Under the pieces are notes generated by a model. It had not been told where the DNA came from. It did no database searches and worked only from the letters and a program-made list of their open reading frames with translations. Positions 63,835-64,000 of a stretch of 64,000 bases of DNA are shown in pieces. The DNA lies in contig NC_043007.1 in NCBI RefSeq assembly GCF_006345805.1, positions 4,898,001 through 4,962,000 of the forward strand. Reading direction: 5' to 3'. How positions within the stretch are numbered: the stretch's first letter is position 1; each line of letters opens with the position of its first letter. The position numbers and the translations under genes are program-made. The stretch is from Octopus sinensis. Taxonomy: Eukaryota.

Positions 63835-64000
63835 AATGGTGGTATCAGAAAGTTCCTGCATTCATGTTTAATAAAACAATAATTTATTTGCCTAAGTTTT
63901 ACCATCATCTCCTTCGAAATAGTCCCCTTGCACAGCAATATACCGGTGCCAGAGTTCCTGCCGCTTTTGGAATCTGGCCTGGAAGTTCTTTTCCATAAGT
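63835..64000 (-). mobile_element. Mariner transposase 3' end and terminal repeat remnant
   Basis: KNFQARFQKRQELWHRYIAVQGDYFEGD resembles the mariner C-terminal W..CI...G.YFE; followed by GGAACTTTCTGATACCACC...TA, a TIR-like end. Confidence 0.65.

Noticed and set aside
63631-63861. Stand-alone 76-aa protein from the ORF track
   Set aside because: It is an internal ENTPD exon read through into intron on both sides.

Overview
AT-rich, microsatellite- and retroposon-dense animal DNA, most consistent with an octopus (coleoid cephalopod) genome. This is inferred from the tRNA-headed SINE families, the RTE/CR1/R4-type LINEs and the repeat landscape. Two spliced protein-coding genes can be reconstructed, both on the minus strand. 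(1) A GT31 beta-1,3-glycosyltransferase (B3GALT/B3GNT-like), 345 aa: a 55-nt signal-anchor coding exon at 33876-33930 spliced to a large exon at 27795-28777. Its DxD motif is degenerate (NDE). (2) The last four exons of an ENTPD5/6-like nucleoside diphosphatase (63675-63823, 58310-58364, 57686-57792, 57115-57201). One of these exons carries an apparent +1 frameshift in an A5 run. The rest is transposon relics: CR1, RTE, R4/Dong-like LINEs, Gypsy, Tc1/mariner, Helitron and several SINE families, plus satellites. The most unusual structures are two tandem Penelope/retrozyme-type minimal hammerhead ribozyme motifs (20.8 and 21.7 kb), a SINE-derived array with strictly alternating 169/185-bp units (17.1-18.6 kb), a ~490-bp near-complete foldback palindrome (20 kb), a near-full-length GC-balanced CR1 element of atypical appearance (44-48 kb), and a 3' tail shared between a SINE and a CR1 LINE. 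All calls were made by eye; no database searches were run.
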